A DNA stretch of 64,000 nucleotides from a virus (Duplodnaviria; Caudoviricetes). The translations under genes and the position numbers were made by a program. The stretch lies in IMG/VR virus record IMGVR_UViG_3300021254_000020, positions 192,001 through 256,000 of that record; one strand, given 5' to 3'. Numbering within the stretch: position 1 is the stretch's first letter; each line of letters starts with the position of its first letter. The notes under the pieces are model-generated. The model did not search any database. It was given only the letters and a program-made list of their open reading frames with translations, and was not told where the DNA came from. This document shows positions 60,715 to 64,000 of this stretch, one piece after another.

Positions 60715-61356
60715 TTGTTTGACAAATCTTCAAAATACTGGTTCTGGAAATTTCGTAAACGTATTAGAGATAGAGAAAAAGTAGATCCTAACTTTAAATC
60801 TCCGTTAATTAAAGAACCAGATGGGCCTAAAGCCATATGTCCGAAATGTGGACGTATTTTCGCTACTAGAGAGATACATGGTCAAAGAACTAAATTCTGC
60901 TCCAAAGAATGCTATTACCAATACCTACGTGACCTCTCTTCTAATAATCCATTAGAGAGACAAGCTAATGGTAGGAATAAACTACATCCAGACAGAATAC
61001 GTATGCAGAAGTTATTAGGAAGACTCTTAAATCAAGATGAGATGGTATATCGCATTGGAGATATGCCGAATGATATACGAGTCATGACTAGACAAGATAT
61101 CGGTAAGCTAACTAATAATAAGAACAATCGGTTTAAACTTGTAGAAGATGGAAACTATATGGCTCATGTAGTAGATAATGAAGCTAGTAAGATGAAACGA
61201 ATCTGTCCTTGTTGTGGATGTGAGTTTACTAAGAAAAGTCCTACCCAAGTTTTCTGTTCTAAAAGTTGTGCTTCTCATGTTAAGGTACATAAGAAGAAGG
61301 AAGATGTAGTTCAGCTCAAGCAAGTAGCTTACTATGTTGATAGAGATAAACGATAG
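60715..61356 (+). CDS. double zinc-finger protein with degenerate HNH domain
   Basis: CPKCG...FCSKEC and CPCCG...FCSKSC flank HPDRIRMQKLLGRLLNQDEMVYRIG (compare HNH_3 HRLVME.HLGRPL..DEVVHHID); AGGAGG RBS at 60701 with TTG start. Confidence 0.7.
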   Translation: MFDKSSKYWFWKFRKRIRDREKVDPNFKSPLIKEPDGPKAICPKCGRIFATREIHGQRTKFCSKECYYQYLRDLSSNNPLERQANGRNKLHPDRIRMQKLLGRLLNQDEMVYRIGDMPNDIRVMTRQDIGKLTNNKNNRFKLVEDGNYMAHVVDNEASKMKRICPCCGCEFTKKSPTQVFCSKSCASHVKVHKKKEDVVQLKQVAYYVDRDKR

Positions 61357-61374
61357 GATAGTTATATACTATAG

Positions 61375-61497
61375 AGTTGAGAAACAAGGAAGTTTCTTAA
61401 GACCTCTCGACGTAGTCATATCCCTTGCTAAACCCTTGACTACGCAGCATAACTATAAAAAAGATAGGGCTTCTTCCTCCCTATCTTTTTTATTTTT
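61375..61497 (+). ncRNA. candidate small RNA with C-rich loops
   Basis: Early motif at 61365-61380, three hairpins, intrinsic terminator at 61457-61491, no ORF. Confidence 0.45.
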
Positions 61498-61661
61498 TAT
61501 CATATAAATAACTAGATGATAACAAGTAATAGTCCCACTTCACTATTATTTGTTCAATCATTGGTCTATTTCATTTATATTGGGTAGGCTATTATCTAGC
61601 CTACCCCTCTCTTTTTGACATCTTAGTACTAAATAAATATAGTATAAAAGGAGGAATAGAA

Positions 61662-62291
61662 ATGAGCTGGAAAGTTAACTTAAAAGAAGTATACCAGATG
61701 GCTAGAGATGCCTACTGGCCACTCTGGAATCTCGCCAAACAATATGGTAGGGACGTTAAGATTTATCTGCATTGGTCGAGTGGTCACTATACTACTGTAT
61801 TTGATGATTATCACATTAATATCACTGGTGATGGTACATTGTACTGTACTGGTGATTTTGATGAAATTAAAAATGGGACATGGAGGCGTAATAGCGGTGC
61901 TATAAATATCTCTTTGTGCTGTGCTTATCGTGGTACTAGCAATGATCTAGGACCAGAACCACCTACTACCATTCAGATCGATCAAATGGCTAGAGTAGTC
62001 GCTGTTCTCTGTGATGCTTTGGATCTTACTATCGATATGAAACGAGTAATGACTCATGGTGAGGCTGCTGATAATATGGACGATTATACAGGAGCGTATC
62101 CGGACTCTGAAGTTTACGGACCTGTCTACGGTGGTTGTGAACGATGGGACTTGCAGTATCTTGGTACAAATGAGTCTCCTAAATTCTTGAAGAATTATGA
62201 TGATCCTCGTACTGGTGGTAATGTATTACGAGGGAAAGCAAATTGGTTCCGTAACTATTGGAAGGAGCACCCGGAAGAAAGACCATACTAA
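61662..62291 (+). CDS. N-acetylmuramoyl-L-alanine amidase (endolysin)
   Basis: IYLHWS...YHINITGDG...TWRRNSGAINISLC...VMTHGEAAD Amidase_2-type motifs; GACA-N6-TACT at 61617-61630. Confidence 0.8.
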   Translation: MSWKVNLKEVYQMARDAYWPLWNLAKQYGRDVKIYLHWSSGHYTTVFDDYHINITGDGTLYCTGDFDEIKNGTWRRNSGAINISLCCAYRGTSNDLGPEPPTTIQIDQMARVVAVLCDALDLTIDMKRVMTHGEAADNMDDYTGAYPDSEVYGPVYGGCERWDLQYLGTNESPKFLKNYDDPRTGGNVLRGKANWFRNYWKEHPEERPY

Positions 62292-62353
62292 TAGTCATTA
62301 ACTACTAGACAATGAGGTAGGTGCAGAGCCTACCTCATTGATTTAAATAGGAG

Positions 62354-62593
62354 ATGATTTGTATGCTAAGTATCTTTATGGACAACTTTGCTCTTTTACT
62401 ATTAGATCTGTTTAATATAAATCTAATAATAGGTTTAATAGGGCTAGTTATATCTCTTTTAGCAAATCTAGTAACTAAAGGAAAAAATAGTTTACTTAGA
62501 TATTCTTTTGAATTTTTTATAGCATATATAATTGCATTTGGTATAATGAGGATATTTCTAAATGCGATAGTATATGCATATAATTTAATATAG
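62354..62593 (+). CDS. small membrane protein, holin candidate
   Basis: Two hydrophobic helices, directly after the endolysin. Confidence 0.45.
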   Translation: MICMLSIFMDNFALLLLDLFNINLIIGLIGLVISLLANLVTKGKNSLLRYSFEFFIAYIIAFGIMRIFLNAIVYAYNLI

Positions 62594-62604
62594 GATGTGA
62601 ATAC

Positions 62605-62874
62605 GTGGTGAGGATTTTTCTTTATACATTGATGGTATTGATATCACTTTGTTTAGGTTTTATTACTGAGTTATGTCTTAGTGATGCTGTTATGGGTCCA
62701 ATTGCATTACGATATATCAATATAATGATTAATGGAATAGTAGTGCTATGCTTACTTGGCATGATGCTTCTAATGTCTTATAATATCTATTATAAAGATA
62801 GATTAGATTATATGATTCTAACCATAATAGTATTCTTTTCATATATAGGATTTGGGTTCTATATCAATAGATGA
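62605..62874 (+). CDS. small membrane protein, holin candidate
   Basis: Three hydrophobic helices. Confidence 0.45.
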   Translation: MVRIFLYTLMVLISLCLGFITELCLSDAVMGPIALRYINIMINGIVVLCLLGMMLLMSYNIYYKDRLDYMILTIIVFFSYIGFGFYINR

Positions 62875-62910
62875 AAAAGAGGTAGACCATCATGGTCTAC
62901 CTCCTCTATA

Positions 62911-63999
62911 TTATTTTTTATCTTCGTCTTCTATACCATCCATGAGGATATCTTGTATGGGACGCCACTTTATCCCTAGCTCAGTCTGACAGGACCTGGC
63001 CAATTCGATCAGCCCCTTATTAATCAGACCATTAGTCATACAACTAGACACCATACGACCAAAGACACCTGTAGAAGTAAGGAATGCACTGACGTACTCA
63101 TTTGGGCGATACTCAGAGGTGGCTTCTTCCCCTTTAGGGATAAGTGTAGATACTACACCTTTCAGACCAGATAGGTATACTATCTTATCTCCTGATGCTA
63201 GCTTATCCACAGTCTTCAAATAAAATTCTATGCGACAGCCGTCGAGATTTTTGAGCTTGCCCTCTTGAGGAAGTTTATAAGATGGTTCGAGTTCATACTC
63301 TTTATCTATCTTATAATCTCTCATTACCTTTTTGAGTTTATTAACCTTAGACTCATATTTCTTACAGATATGCTGTAAGGTATCACTCAATTTATTCATC
63401 TCTACTGTACGGTATACTTTGATATCTTGTACAATACCACTTACTTTAGCATGAACTTTCTTACGTCCAATATCAGATAATATTTCATTACCTTTAGTAA
63501 GACTCTTAAGAATAGCTGCTGCATCTTCTTCTTCAGCAGTATCAGAGAAGATAATGAGAGGTTCACCCTCTTGTACTTCTTGTCCTACTTCTACCATATG
63601 GAAAACGTTAGCATAAGATGCTAATGATACATCTTTTTGTACTACCAACTCAAAAGCCAATGCTTCAGAAATAGTATGATCCACTACACAAGAGTCTTCG
63701 AAGCCCATTGCTGTATTAAGTATACCTACTTTAGCAAGAGTACCGATATTATAACTAATATCGTTAGGATCTTTTCCATTATTTCCTACTGATGGTGAAT
63801 AGGATGATTTGTTGTAGGCGACGATATCGTTGTATTTGATCTTACTACCTTTTTTAATGCCAACATTAGGATCAAGCTTAGTAGTAATATAGAAGCCGCC
63901 GTCACTATTCTTTTGAATAGTCTCACGAAGATCAATATAATCACACTCCTTAGTATCATCATCTTGTAATACTATGTATTGATCCGTGACTTCTTTAAC
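62911..63999 (-). CDS. phage multisubunit RNA polymerase beta-type subunit, C-terminal part (runs off window end)
   Basis: Frame stays open past 63708 to the window end (...QKNSDGGFYITTKL...NIGTLAKVGILNTAMGFEDS); GFEDS, GDKI...GLKGVV and GRM correspond to RpoB motifs. Confidence 0.85.
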   Translation of the reverse strand, partial: VKEVTDQYIVLQDDDTKECDYIDLRETIQKNSDGGFYITTKLDPNVGIKKGSKIKYNDIVAYNKSSYSPSVGNNGKDPNDISYNIGTLAKVGILNTAMGFEDSCVVDHTISEALAFELVVQKDVSLASYANVFHMVEVGQEVQEGEPLIIFSDTAEEEDAAAILKSLTKGNEILSDIGRKKVHAKVSGIVQDIKVYRTVEMNKLSDTLQHICKKYESKVNKLKKVMRDYKIDKEYELEPSYKLPQEGKLKNLDGCRIEFYLKTVDKLASGDKIVYLSGLKGVVSTLIPKGEEATSEYRPNEYVSAFLTSTGVFGRMVSSCMTNGLINKGLIELARSCQTELGIKWRPIQDILMDGIEDEDKK

Positions 64000-64000
64000 A

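Noticed and set aside
60521-60733. 70-aa minus-strand ORF over the array
   Set aside because: Antisense to the flanking genes, no convincing RBS, and the 37-bp period is incompatible with a coding repeat.
58982-61356. Canonical TIGR-Tas locus
   Set aside because: Neither flanking protein shows a recognisable Nop domain and the CCA-to-TG spacing is 14 nt rather than 9; kept only as an architectural analogy.
61531-61585. Inverted extra copy of the array motif (CCAAT...GTGGGACT on the minus strand)
   Set aside because: Spacing does not fit the N10 rule; could be chance in AT-rich DNA.
1-64000. Alternative genetic code (stop-codon reassignment)
   Set aside because: Genes tile densely under the standard code and TAA, TAG and TGA all end genes directly before the next RBS.
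1-64000. tRNA/rRNA genes, transposases, introns or inteins
   Set aside because: No cloverleaf with a T-loop, rRNA-like sequence, transposase motif or interrupted conserved gene was recognised by eye; a tRNAscan/Infernal run would be needed to exclude them fully.

Overview
AT-rich segment of a jumbo-phage genome of the phiKZ/AR9(PBS1)-like type that encodes its own multisubunit RNA polymerase. The host is probably a Bacillota member (strong AGGAGG ribosome-binding sites; the amidase resembles Negativicutes-type enzymes, from recall). The window carries virion/baseplate genes, a 5640-aa tape-measure-like protein ending in five predicted peptidoglycan-hydrolase domains, a divergent PolB-like protein, a kinase-like protein, two tandem RNase H genes, RusA, ThyX, a HAD hydrolase, an amidase endolysin and the 3' part of an RNAP beta-type subunit. 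Two phage promoter classes can be read from the DNA: early-like TATAYTATANNNRTGA and late-like GACA-N6-TAAT. The most unusual element is a non-coding array of 23 units at 59853-60700 with a period of about 37 bp. Each unit has two short conserved motifs (YCAAT and AATGRAHT) alternating with two variable segments. It lies between a late-promoter-driven acidic gene and a zinc-finger gene with an apparently dead HNH domain. The architecture recalls TIGR guide arrays, but the geometry differs and no Nop-domain gene is visible in this window. Also present: two promoter-plus-terminator-bounded small-RNA candidates, a structured origin-like intergenic region, a five-gene MNNR paralog array and a chimeric gene made by a 197-bp duplication. 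All functional calls come from motif reading, not database searches.
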